In this document: in pieces, positions 28,208-37,473 of the stretch
How the letters are laid out: each line of letters begins with the position of its first letter
Position numbering within the stretch: the stretch's first letter is position 1
Assembly: GCA_965199825.1 (NCBI GenBank)
Contig: OZ241329.1
Span: 160,001-224,000 of the forward strand
Length of the DNA: 64,000 bases
Direction: 5' to 3'
From: Bdellovibrionales bacterium
Lineage (GTDB): Bacteria; Bdellovibrionota; Bdellovibrionia; Bdellovibrionales; UBA1609
The notes under the pieces: model-generated
Told to the model about the DNA's origin: nothing
The model's input: only the letters and a program-made list of their open reading frames with translations
Databases searched by the model: none
Position numbers and translations under genes: made by a program

Positions 28208-30292
28208 TTAGACGCGATTCAAGGTTTCAATTAAAAGCCTTGGATCAAGAGGTTTGGTTAAATGGGCATTGCACCCGAGTGCTAAACTGCGTGTGCGGTC
28301 CTCCACCATCCCATGCGCGGTCAATGCCACGATCGGTTTACTGTAACCATCGCTGCGCAATTGTTCTGTGGCCGCATAACCATCGAGCACTGGCATCTGC
28401 ATGTCCATGATGACCACATCGTAGTCGTTGGCTTCGGCCATCTCGACACCCTCGGCACCGTTGTTGGCGATGTCCACACTGATTCCGGCTTGAGTTAAAA
28501 ATGCTTTTACCAAAAGTTGATTGTCGGCTGAGTCTTCCACCAATAAAACGCGCGAAACATTTTCTACTTTTAATGTTTTATCAGACTTAGCGAATTCAAC
28601 TTTTTGCATCCTCTTTACAGCTCGGCGAGCTTCGACGGTTGCAATAAAAGTTGCACCTTGTCCAACTTTTGCTTGCACCAAAACATCGCCGCCCAAAGCA
28701 CGAGCCAGACGGCGCGAGAGTGCAAGGCCTAAGCCTGAACCGCCAAATTTTCGGGTCATGCTATTATCTGCTTGCGAGAAGGGAGCAAAAACTTTTTCGG
28801 TTTGCTCAAAGCTCATGCCGATACCGGTATCTTTTATTGTGAAACTCATCCCAATAACAGATTTCCCAAAAAAATTGGGCTCGGCAAAAACCGATACAGA
28901 ACCTTTTTTGGTAAATTTCAATGCGTTGCCAATAAGGTTAATGAGGATCTGCCGAATTCGGGTTGGATCTGATGTCACAAGATCTGGCATGCTGGGATCA
29001 ATATCGACATTCAATTTTAAATTTTTCTTTAAAGCAGCGTCTTCAAATAAATTGGTGATTTCAAAGATCAAGCTTCGGATATCAAACTCGATATGCTCAA
29101 GCTCCAATTTTCCGGCCTCGACTTTTGAGAGATCTAAAATATCGTTGATGATTTTAAGTAAGGCTTCCCCGTTACGTGCAACGATGCTGCCGTATTTTTC
29201 GCGTTCGGCTGCATCGTCGGATCTTTTGATAATATCGGTAAAACCTAGAATTGCACCAAGTGGTGTGCGAATCTCATGAGACATGTTGGCCAAAAATGCC
29301 GACTTCATATTTGTGGCGTTTTCGAGTTGTTGTCTTGTCAAAATTGATTCTGAAATGTCGTGATAAACCGCCATCACTCCAGTGATTCTGCCATTTTCGG
29401 CGCGGTCGGGATAGTAGGCCACATTAATCCAGCGCCTAGTTATTGAGCCACTCTCATCGGGCAATTCTAGCGGTAATTCTTGGCCGACATAAGGTTTGCC
29501 CGTTTTGTAAACCTCATCAAGTTGCGAAACAAAAAAGCGAAGTTCATCTTGAGAAAAAAGATCTCTGATTGTTTTATCAAGAGCGGGCCGTCCAATCATT
29601 TTTTCATATGGGGGGTTGGCGAGCACATGACGGTGATCACGACCCTCAAAAATAACCATAGGCGAGGGGGCTTGCATAAAAAAACCATAAAGCTGACTGC
29701 GTGAAGCTTCAATACGATTCAATAATTCTAAGCGCTCGCGCTCGGCTTGCATCTGATCTGTTAAATCGGTAATTGCGGTTCGAAAGGTAAGTATTCCTGA
29801 TTCACGTGCACGGCGACCAATAGTTGAAAATTGAATGTGCTTGATGGATTGGTCTGGGATAAGAATTTGAATTATTTCGCTCGTTTTCTTTTCGCCATCG
29901 CGACACAAAAGAATGTGATCTCGAAACTTCACTTGATCTGTTTTGCAGATTCTTGAGGATAACGAGCGTCCAATCATCCGTTGTCGCTCCAAACCAAAAA
30001 GTTCGGCCGCTGCAAAATTTAAATCGAGAATAGTTCCTAACTTATCGAGTGTCACATACGCGACTGGGGCAAAGTCATAAAGATTTAAGTACTTTTCATG
30101 CGATTCCTCTAAAAGGTTTTGTGAATCACGCAATTCGCGGTTTTGAACTTCGAGTTCGATTTGTAAAACTTCGAGTTCATGAACCAGATCAAGAAGCTCG
30201 GCCTTGCCGCTTGATTTTTGAAATTGATGAAGTCGAGTTTCGAGTTCCTCATTCGTCATCGTTCTTTTTTTAGTTTTGGTTTTAATACTCAT
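28208..30292 (-). CDS. PAS hybrid histidine kinase (CheBR-associated type)
   Basis: HELEVLQIELEVQNRELR...YLNLYDFAPVAY; FLANMSHEIRTP; receiver MDMQMPVLDG. Confidence 0.93.
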   Translation of the reverse strand: MSIKTKTKKRTMTNEELETRLHQFQKSSGKAELLDLVHELEVLQIELEVQNRELRDSQNLLEESHEKYLNLYDFAPVAYVTLDKLGTILDLNFAAAELFGLERQRMIGRSLSSRICKTDQVKFRDHILLCRDGEKKTSEIIQILIPDQSIKHIQFSTIGRRARESGILTFRTAITDLTDQMQAERERLELLNRIEASRSQLYGFFMQAPSPMVIFEGRDHRHVLANPPYEKMIGRPALDKTIRDLFSQDELRFFVSQLDEVYKTGKPYVGQELPLELPDESGSITRRWINVAYYPDRAENGRITGVMAVYHDISESILTRQQLENATNMKSAFLANMSHEIRTPLGAILGFTDIIKRSDDAAEREKYGSIVARNGEALLKIINDILDLSKVEAGKLELEHIEFDIRSLIFEITNLFEDAALKKNLKLNVDIDPSMPDLVTSDPTRIRQILINLIGNALKFTKKGSVSVFAEPNFFGKSVIGMSFTIKDTGIGMSFEQTEKVFAPFSQADNSMTRKFGGSGLGLALSRRLARALGGDVLVQAKVGQGATFIATVEARRAVKRMQKVEFAKSDKTLKVENVSRVLLVEDSADNQLLVKAFLTQAGISVDIANNGAEGVEMAEANDYDVVIMDMQMPVLDGYAATEQLRSDGYSKPIVALTAHGMVEDRTRSLALGCNAHLTKPLDPRLLIETLNRV

Positions 30293-30294
30293 GT

Positions 30295-33231
30295 TTAGTT
30301 CTCTTTTTCTTCATTTTGCAAATGAGTGATATCTCGGATCGCGAGTAAAATAAGGCTCTCACCGTTTTGTTCCCAAACAAGCTGTTGAGCATTCACGAGC
30401 ATCGTCCGCTGACCGATAGTCGAAAATTTATGACGGACTTCAAAATCGCGCACTTCGGTTTTTCGAGGTAAAATTTCTTGCACCAGATCTCTGAGTTTAG
30501 GAATATTCCATTGCCCATTTCCCAAATCGAAAAGTGAACGGCCCACCGTCTCTTCTGGATTGGAATGAAACGTTTTGTAAAATGCAGCATTCACACTCTT
30601 AACTGTGAGATGACGATCCATCACAATCAGTGGATCATGCATTGTTTCGAGTATCGCGTGCGAAATTTGTTCTTCTTTTTTTAACAGTTCGATATCTGAA
30701 AAGATGATCACAGCCCCGTCAACTTTTCGGTCGTGGGTTTTAAACGGACGAATCGAGACATAAAAATGCTGGCCTCTGAGATCTTGAGTTTCAAACTCGA
30801 GAGTTGTGATATTTTGAATCACATCGTTAAGCATTTCTTCAAAGTTAGGCATCAAAAAGCCCAAGCTAAAATCAGTGATTCGGCGTCCAAGATCATCAGA
30901 CGACAAGTTGAGCAACTTGCACGCGCCAGGTGTTAAGCGTCGAATAAACAGATCTGCATTGACCATTGCAACCGCAGCGCTTGCACTGCTTAAAAGATTG
31001 GAGAGGTCGTCATTTGTGAGTTTTAATTCGATATTACTTTGAGAGAGCTCTTCGTTCACGGTTACAAGCTCTTCATTTGTACTTTGAAGCTCTTCTTTTG
31101 CCGTTTCAAGTTCTTCGTTGGTACTTTGGAGTTCTTCGTTGGCAGAAAGAATTTCTTCATTCGAGCTTTGCAGTTCTTCATTTGCTGCACTCTGTTCGTC
31201 CAAAAGGGTCCGCAAAGACTTTTTTGTAGAATCGAGCTCCTCTTGAAGTCTAATCATATCCGAATTGTTGTTTTTAATCGGCTCTTTTCTTAAATCCAAG
31301 GTTTGAAGGCGTTCATGAAATAAAATTAAAAAATGGTGACTACTGCTATCGGTTTCAACCAAGACCGCTTTGACATCAATCACATAGGTGACCTTGCCGA
31401 TCACGATTGCGATATTATTTTTATTTACCGAACCCTTTTCTTTTTCTAACTTGTGAATAAGCACTCGAACATCCGACACCAACTCTTCGCGCAGCATCTT
31501 TGCAATATGTAAACTGGCTTGACCCGTTCGTGGTTTTATAAACGGCGTCATCTGACCGTTAAAATGCACAATATCCATCACCTGATTTACGAGAATCCAA
31601 GCAGGAGCGTAGTACTCGAGAACAAGTTTCTCGGCTTTAGCGACGATATCGGTTTGGAGTTCGGTTGAATTGTCGTTTTGAATTTGAACTGCGCCGCTTA
31701 AAACTTCGGAATCCCCGAATCTTTGCGATCTGAATGAGGATCGCTTTGGCGGGATCGCAGATACTCGTTTTAAAAAAACTTTGTTTCGTTCGTCGGCCAC
31801 CGAAAAATAAGACGAAGCAGAACCAACGCTTTCCGAAGATCCGAGGAGCAGAAAACCATTGGGATTTAATGCGTAATAAAAGGTCTGCATCAGATTCTTT
31901 TGGGCAGATGCCGACAGATAAATAATCAGATTTCGACAACTTAATAAATCTAACCGATGGATGGGTGGGTCGGTTGTGACATCTTGGACCGAAAAAATGC
32001 AGCAATCACGAACCACCTTGTTGATTCGGTATTGGTCATTATCTCTGGTGAAAAAGCGATCGAGTCGGTCTTTGGAAACATGTTTTTCGATACCCTTGGA
32101 AAAAAGTCCTGTGCGGGCTTTTTTGATGATCTCATCGCCAACATCGGTCCCATAAATTTTGATCGCGTATTTGGTTTTAGATTTTTGGAGGCATTCAAGA
32201 AGGCCGATTGCTATCGTGTAGACCTCTTCCCCAGTAGAACAACCTGGAACCCAAATACGAATCTGTAAATCCTCTGCGTGATTTTTTATAATTTCTGGAA
32301 AAACCTTGCTCTGCAAATATTCAAAAACTTCGGGGCCTCTAAAAAAATAAGTGACGTTAATAATAAAATCTTGAAAAAGCGCCTGCACCTCTTCGGGAGA
32401 ACTTAAAAGCAGAGAGAGATAGTCCTTCATGCTGTCCATACTGTTCAGGAGCATTCGTCTTTTAAGGCGGCGTAAAATTGTCGGATGTTTATAAACCGAG
32501 AAATCAGTACCTGTCTTTGATCGCACCGCCAAAAATATTTTTCTTAAGTGGCCTTCATCGTCTGGAGCTAGCTTTTCTGGATCTACAATTAGAAGCTTTT
32601 TAAAACGAGGATTTTTAGCGATTCGCACAATTTCATCGACGATTCCGGCAACCGACAAGATGCGATCAGGATGATCAATCTTAATCGCCATCTTGGGCAT
32701 ACCATCAAATTTTGCGGTTGGCGGATCTTGCACCAGTGAAATTCCTCCGGCCGCTTTGATTTCACAAATTCCTTGCGATCCGTCAGAGCCCGTCCCAGAA
32801 AGAACAACACCCACCGCTAAGTTCGAATGATCGCGTGCCAGCGAGGATAAAAAAGTATCGACCAGACGATTTGTGCTTTCTTGTTTAGTCATGGAACGCA
32901 GAGATAAAATACCGTTTAAGATTTCAAGAACCGAATTTGGCGGAATCACATAAATTTTGTTGGGCTCAACCTTCATTCCGTCTTCAATCTCTATGACGGG
33001 CATCTGAGTAGATCTTTGAAGTATAGCGGCCAACATACTCTCGTGCGTTGGCGAAAGGTGTTGAACCAAAACAAATGCACTTCCGGTATCGTCCGGCATG
33101 CGTTTGAAAAAATCAACGTAAGCCTCAAGTCCGCCAGCTGACGCGCCAATTCCAACGATCGGAAAATTGGTTACTTTAGAATCTGACTTCTTTTTAACGA
33201 TTCGCTTTTTCTTTTTGCTGGTTTTTTTCAA
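30295..33231 (-). CDS. CheB/CheR fusion protein with coiled coil and PAS domains
   Basis: CheB motifs GASAGG, VQHL, GTGSDG; CheR motifs WVPGCSTGEE, DLLSCRN; repeated EELQSxNEE. Confidence 0.93.
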   Translation of the reverse strand: MKKTSKKKKRIVKKKSDSKVTNFPIVGIGASAGGLEAYVDFFKRMPDDTGSAFVLVQHLSPTHESMLAAILQRSTQMPVIEIEDGMKVEPNKIYVIPPNSVLEILNGILSLRSMTKQESTNRLVDTFLSSLARDHSNLAVGVVLSGTGSDGSQGICEIKAAGGISLVQDPPTAKFDGMPKMAIKIDHPDRILSVAGIVDEIVRIAKNPRFKKLLIVDPEKLAPDDEGHLRKIFLAVRSKTGTDFSVYKHPTILRRLKRRMLLNSMDSMKDYLSLLLSSPEEVQALFQDFIINVTYFFRGPEVFEYLQSKVFPEIIKNHAEDLQIRIWVPGCSTGEEVYTIAIGLLECLQKSKTKYAIKIYGTDVGDEIIKKARTGLFSKGIEKHVSKDRLDRFFTRDNDQYRINKVVRDCCIFSVQDVTTDPPIHRLDLLSCRNLIIYLSASAQKNLMQTFYYALNPNGFLLLGSSESVGSASSYFSVADERNKVFLKRVSAIPPKRSSFRSQRFGDSEVLSGAVQIQNDNSTELQTDIVAKAEKLVLEYYAPAWILVNQVMDIVHFNGQMTPFIKPRTGQASLHIAKMLREELVSDVRVLIHKLEKEKGSVNKNNIAIVIGKVTYVIDVKAVLVETDSSSHHFLILFHERLQTLDLRKEPIKNNNSDMIRLQEELDSTKKSLRTLLDEQSAANEELQSSNEEILSANEELQSTNEELETAKEELQSTNEELVTVNEELSQSNIELKLTNDDLSNLLSSASAAVAMVNADLFIRRLTPGACKLLNLSSDDLGRRITDFSLGFLMPNFEEMLNDVIQNITTLEFETQDLRGQHFYVSIRPFKTHDRKVDGAVIIFSDIELLKKEEQISHAILETMHDPLIVMDRHLTVKSVNAAFYKTFHSNPEETVGRSLFDLGNGQWNIPKLRDLVQEILPRKTEVRDFEVRHKFSTIGQRTMLVNAQQLVWEQNGESLILLAIRDITHLQNEEKEN

Positions 33232-33539
33232 AATGACCTTTTCTGTGCTTCGGTGCTGAACTCCAAAGTATTAAACTGACAATACATTTAACGATAGAGT
33301 GTGTTACGATAAAATCAAATGAAAGAGCTCAAATCAAAGGTGCATCTTGAGACGATGCGTTTGAGCTGTTCAATCTTTGGTAACTTGGTTCGATTTGTTA
33401 TAATAAATTCAATTTATACAGCAAAAAAATTTGAAAACTAAGATGCTTCAGATCAAAAACGACAAATCAAGTACTTAAAATTTATTTACAAACAAATTTT
33501 ATATTAATTGCCGGCTAGAGTGTGCGATGGGATTAAGAA

Positions 33540-34262
33540 TTACTGAATTGCCCTGATCAAGAGACGCTCACACTGCAAAACTTTGTTTGAGCGGAAATCT
33601 ATAAAGTGAAGAATTTTTGGAAAAAGACCTTTTGTTTTTTGAGTGATCACATCAAACTCACCCATTCCACCAAGCTGAACCCTGTATTGATGAGGAGTCG
33701 CGGTTGGCTTGGGAAGTTGTGCAAAAGAGCGATCGGTGACAAAGCCCTCATCAAACAAACTGATCCGAACGAGTTCACGATCAGAAGCTTTTTGTGGATC
33801 AGAAGGTAAAAAGGCATCAAAGATCAGCTCCTCAGATGAGCCGCCTAAATCCATAAATTTGAGCTGTGATAATCGGTTTTTTGCTGAAAATTTGAGGTTC
33901 ATGGTGTTTTGAAATTTTGTGCGGATTCGGTCAATAAGACTCCAATCTAATCGAAGCGAACCGTCTGCAACATTGTCATTGTAGTTTGCAACCGAACTAA
34001 ATTCTTCGACGGCTATGTCATTATAATCTTGAGGTCCTGCGCTCATCAGAACAAGAACTCGGTTCGACTGAAGGACCATCAGTTTTAAAAAATATTTCGA
34101 TTGAACGCCCGATAAAGCGTTGGACTGAAATATATAATTTTCTTTAAAAAAAGATCGGATCACCGAATATCTTGTGGAATTCATTGTGATGTTGATGGTC
34201 GTTTCGCCTACCGAATTTTGGGCAAATCCAAACGTTAAAAAAAAACAAAAAAAATTGATCAC
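33540..34262 (-). CDS. Exported protein, paralogue family member 3
   Basis: GTG start overlapping upstream TGA (GTGA); YNDNVADGSL, NRLS, PSDP, EGFVTDRSF; C-terminus CERLL. Confidence 0.78.
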   Translation of the reverse strand: MINFFCFFLTFGFAQNSVGETTINITMNSTRYSVIRSFFKENYIFQSNALSGVQSKYFLKLMVLQSNRVLVLMSAGPQDYNDIAVEEFSSVANYNDNVADGSLRLDWSLIDRIRTKFQNTMNLKFSAKNRLSQLKFMDLGGSSEELIFDAFLPSDPQKASDRELVRISLFDEGFVTDRSFAQLPKPTATPHQYRVQLGGMGEFDVITQKTKGLFPKILHFIDFRSNKVLQCERLLIRAIQ

Positions 34263-36175
34263 CGAATTTGTCCAAGTAAGTTGGAACAGCTGTCGGGATC
34301 TTCGAATAAAGCCAAATAAACTGCGGGGGTGATCTTTTCTTTTGCAAAAACTTGTTTGTCTTTCTTTTTCCAATTCTCAAAAAGTTCATCGGTTTTAGAG
34401 TTTAATATCTTTGCACTGACAAGGCCCTGATAAGCACGCAGAACGTAGTCGCTGTCATCGAGCAATTTGATATATTCCGCTTGGAGAAATTCGTTATTCT
34501 TTACCAGCGAACGACTCAAATAAAAGCGATATTCAAAATTGGGTTGACCACTGTTAACCAATCTTTGAGCGTCCACTGCTCGAAGAGGTTTTTTTTGGTA
34601 GTACCAGTTCATGTATTTGATCACCTGAACTAACACCTGCTCGTGCATTTCAAAAAGTTCATCCTGGGGTTGTGTTTGCAGGAGTCGAAAGCCCAGCTCC
34701 AATAATTTTTGATCATAAATACGATAATCTTGGGCGTAGCTTAAAAGATGAGCGAACAAGGCAAAGTCTTCTTTAGTTCCGGGCTCAAGCTGTTGGTTCA
34801 CGAGATCCTCAAAGTTTTTTTCATCCTCGTAGTCGAGCGACCGACGCTCACCCTTATTATCCCTAATCGCATTGAGCCGCTGACGGTTTAGTCGCAACGC
34901 TTGGGACAGTTTTTTATCTAAGTTTTCTTTGGTGTAAAGTTGCAAGGAAAGATTTGGGGCAAAAATAGTCGATGTTGAGAGGAGCTGCACATTATCCAGA
35001 ATTTTTTTTCGTTTATACATGTCCAGCTTAAGTCCTTTGACCAAATCTAGAGAGGCTAAAGCAGCAGGATCAAAGTTATTTAGATTTAAATTTGCCAATA
35101 CAAGAGGATGCACTTCCTTGTTCCGAGCAATAATATGATTCAAAAGTATTTGCCTAAAATCGAGCACCGAATCATCAACGTTTGAGAAAATATCTTTGGT
35201 GGTAGTAAGAAAATATTTAAAGTTGGGATACGTAGGCTCAACTTTCAAGAGCAAAATGCCTACTTCCTTTCGTAAAACTTGAAGCGCAATTTTTACCTTT
35301 AAGGATGCCCGCTTGATGGGGGTAAAATAAAGAACCGAAACCAAGCCGCGTAAAAAAGAGGAATCGACCGATACTAAAGTCTTATCAGCAACTCTTACCA
35401 AATTTGTTAGCTGTTCAATTTTTGATGCAGTACTCAATTCTAATTTCAGCTCAGGACCCAAAATATCGCGCAAATATTGAGAAATCACCGAAGGCTTATT
35501 CAATTGCTTTTCTGTGTTCAGAAATTTTTTAGAGCACTCCTCAATCAATTGGTCTGCCAGGCTCGGCGGAGGATTTTCGAGTCGGCGCTTCACTTCAGGT
35601 TTGAGATCATAAATATCAAAGTTGGTTTGAATCTTTAAAAGATACTGACCCAGTTTAAAGCGTTGATCCTGGTCAGATGGTGAAATTAAACATAAGGCAT
35701 CGCGCACCCTTGGATACTCAGGATTGAGCAACTGCAAAAAGGCATTGACCAAATCGAGATCCCGAAGTGCGGTGACTCGATAATATAAAACGGGTCCGGG
35801 ATTGTCATTGTGGGCGGTGAATTTAGGATTGCTCCGAGGTTTATCGGTAAAAACACCGGTCACATATTTTGAAGGTATGTCACCGCGATTTTTTGCATTT
35901 ATTCTGAGGTGAGGTGCTGCAAGTGATATTGAAAGCATCTCAACAATGTCGACTAAAGCCTGATTTCCATCACCTTCATAGAGTTCATCAATTAAGTGCC
36001 AAATATATGCGGGCTTATTTAAAGGCCCAACATATTTTCGATCGATCGAATTTGCACGGCGAACCATTGCGAGAGGCGAACGTTTGAGCTGTTCTTGTTG
36101 GAAGACACCAACATTTGTGGCGTTGGCAAAAAAGCAAAACACGAAAAGCGGCAGAAACTTAAATTGTGATGGCAT
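34259..36175 (-). CDS. Exported alpha-helical hypothetical protein
   Basis: 638-codon ORF; signal peptide ending ANA; C-terminus SCSNLL. Confidence 0.78.
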   Translation of the reverse strand: MPSQFKFLPLFVFCFFANATNVGVFQQEQLKRSPLAMVRRANSIDRKYVGPLNKPAYIWHLIDELYEGDGNQALVDIVEMLSISLAAPHLRINAKNRGDIPSKYVTGVFTDKPRSNPKFTAHNDNPGPVLYYRVTALRDLDLVNAFLQLLNPEYPRVRDALCLISPSDQDQRFKLGQYLLKIQTNFDIYDLKPEVKRRLENPPPSLADQLIEECSKKFLNTEKQLNKPSVISQYLRDILGPELKLELSTASKIEQLTNLVRVADKTLVSVDSSFLRGLVSVLYFTPIKRASLKVKIALQVLRKEVGILLLKVEPTYPNFKYFLTTTKDIFSNVDDSVLDFRQILLNHIIARNKEVHPLVLANLNLNNFDPAALASLDLVKGLKLDMYKRKKILDNVQLLSTSTIFAPNLSLQLYTKENLDKKLSQALRLNRQRLNAIRDNKGERRSLDYEDEKNFEDLVNQQLEPGTKEDFALFAHLLSYAQDYRIYDQKLLELGFRLLQTQPQDELFEMHEQVLVQVIKYMNWYYQKKPLRAVDAQRLVNSGQPNFEYRFYLSRSLVKNNEFLQAEYIKLLDDSDYVLRAYQGLVSAKILNSKTDELFENWKKKDKQVFAKEKITPAVYLALFEDPDSCSNLLGQIR

Positions 36176-36186
36176 AGAGGGGGTTT

Positions 36187-36202
36187 AGCAAACAACGTGC
36201 CT
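36187..36202 (-). promoter_or_regulatory. sigma54 -24/-12 element, predicted leaderless transcript
   Basis: AGGCACGTTGTTTGCT near-consensus; the GC lies 12 nt from the ATG at 36175. Confidence 0.7.
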
Positions 36203-36959
36203 AACGGTTTAAGATTTGTTCGCAGATAAAAACACTGCTGTTATCGACAGTTTTAAAGAACAAAACATCTGGAATATTAATCCGAATTTTCTCGCCCAGT
36301 GACGAAAAATAATGCTCCGATTGATTTTTAAAAATGACCACAAACTCGCCAATCCGCGAGAATTTTACAAGGTAGCGTTGATCGTGCTCAAGGGGTCCGT
36401 GGAGGTTATTTTCTTCCGGGGTGAGCTCACGAATCGATTCGACAAAGTTATGATCTCTAAAAAATCCCGCATTTAAGAGTCCTAAGCGAGCAAGCTCTAA
36501 GGGTGAGGCTTGGGTGGGATCACCTTTCATAAAGGCATCATAAATACGTAACTGGGGATTTAAAACTTTAAGTTGAGAAAATCGTTTTAAGGCAACCGCT
36601 TGAATTTGTTTTTGTGATGGATGTGTTTCACGGATTTGGTCAATCAAATCATAATCAATTCTGAGAGACCGATCGCTCACAGTTTTATTGTATTCATACA
36701 TATTATTAAAATTGATCTCAAAGAATCCAGGCTTTTGGCTTATAAAAATGATCCGAACTTTATTGTCTGGAAAGATAATCACACGTTCAAATTCTCGAGA
36801 TGGAACAGAGGCTTCTTTTAAAAATGTATCACTCAAAAAAGTTTTTGTGTGATGATAAGCGAGTCGCTCCCCACGAATTTCAATCTTGGGTTGGTCATCA
36901 ATTTCGTTCGGCAACAAACCAAAACAAAAATTTAAGAAGAGAAAAAGCAAAGTGCTCAT
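36201..36959 (-). CDS. Exported protein, paralogue family member 4
   Basis: YNKTVSDRSL, KRFS, GDP, AGFFRD; C-terminus CEQIL. Confidence 0.8.
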   Translation of the reverse strand: MSTLLFLFLNFCFGLLPNEIDDQPKIEIRGERLAYHHTKTFLSDTFLKEASVPSREFERVIIFPDNKVRIIFISQKPGFFEINFNNMYEYNKTVSDRSLRIDYDLIDQIRETHPSQKQIQAVALKRFSQLKVLNPQLRIYDAFMKGDPTQASPLELARLGLLNAGFFRDHNFVESIRELTPEENNLHGPLEHDQRYLVKFSRIGEFVVIFKNQSEHYFSSLGEKIRINIPDVLFFKTVDNSSVFICEQILNR

Positions 36960-36964
36960 TGGCG

Positions 36965-37447
36965 TTAGAGATCAATGGTGTTGTCGGGAGAAATTCGGCG
37001 CTCAAAATTTTCGCGATAAAAATGTGTCATACGATTCACCAGCTCCAACGCATGTTGATCAAAAGTTTTTTTGCTGTTTTTAATCGTGTACTCGATTTTT
37101 TGCAAACAACTCAAATCTAAACACAATATGACACCAATTGTTGTTCGCGAATTCAAAGCAATCGTGAGCAAATCAATCTGATCGGCGGGCCCGTAGGCAT
37201 GACACCAATCACAAAGCCTCCCTGTTTGGGTGTCCTTTTGATGATGGTTTCGTTTAAACACGATCCCGCAAAGTTGATTTTCATGAGGAAAAACCAAATA
37301 GCGATGGGCTCCCGAAGGCTCGCTCCAAGTGAGGTAGTATTCGAATTCAAAGGGGAATATGAATTTCTTGGGCAGTTCGACATGCTTTCGGTCGCGCAGT
37401 CGAAAAGCTTTGATTAAGGCTCTATCAGATAAAATCCGAGTGATCAT
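36965..37447 (-). CDS. FBP/FusB C-terminal-like treble-clef zinc-finger protein
   Basis: YLTW, GIVF, LCDWCH, TIGVILCLDLSC. Confidence 0.72.
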   Translation of the reverse strand: MITRILSDRALIKAFRLRDRKHVELPKKFIFPFEFEYYLTWSEPSGAHRYLVFPHENQLCGIVFKRNHHQKDTQTGRLCDWCHAYGPADQIDLLTIALNSRTTIGVILCLDLSCLQKIEYTIKNSKKTFDQHALELVNRMTHFYRENFERRISPDNTIDL

Positions 37448-37473
37448 AAACTGCAGTTTTACATAAAAAACTT

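Noticed and set aside
18572..29279. Longer antisense ORFs 18572..19129 and 28521..29279
   Set aside because: Antisense shadows of conserved histidine kinase domains
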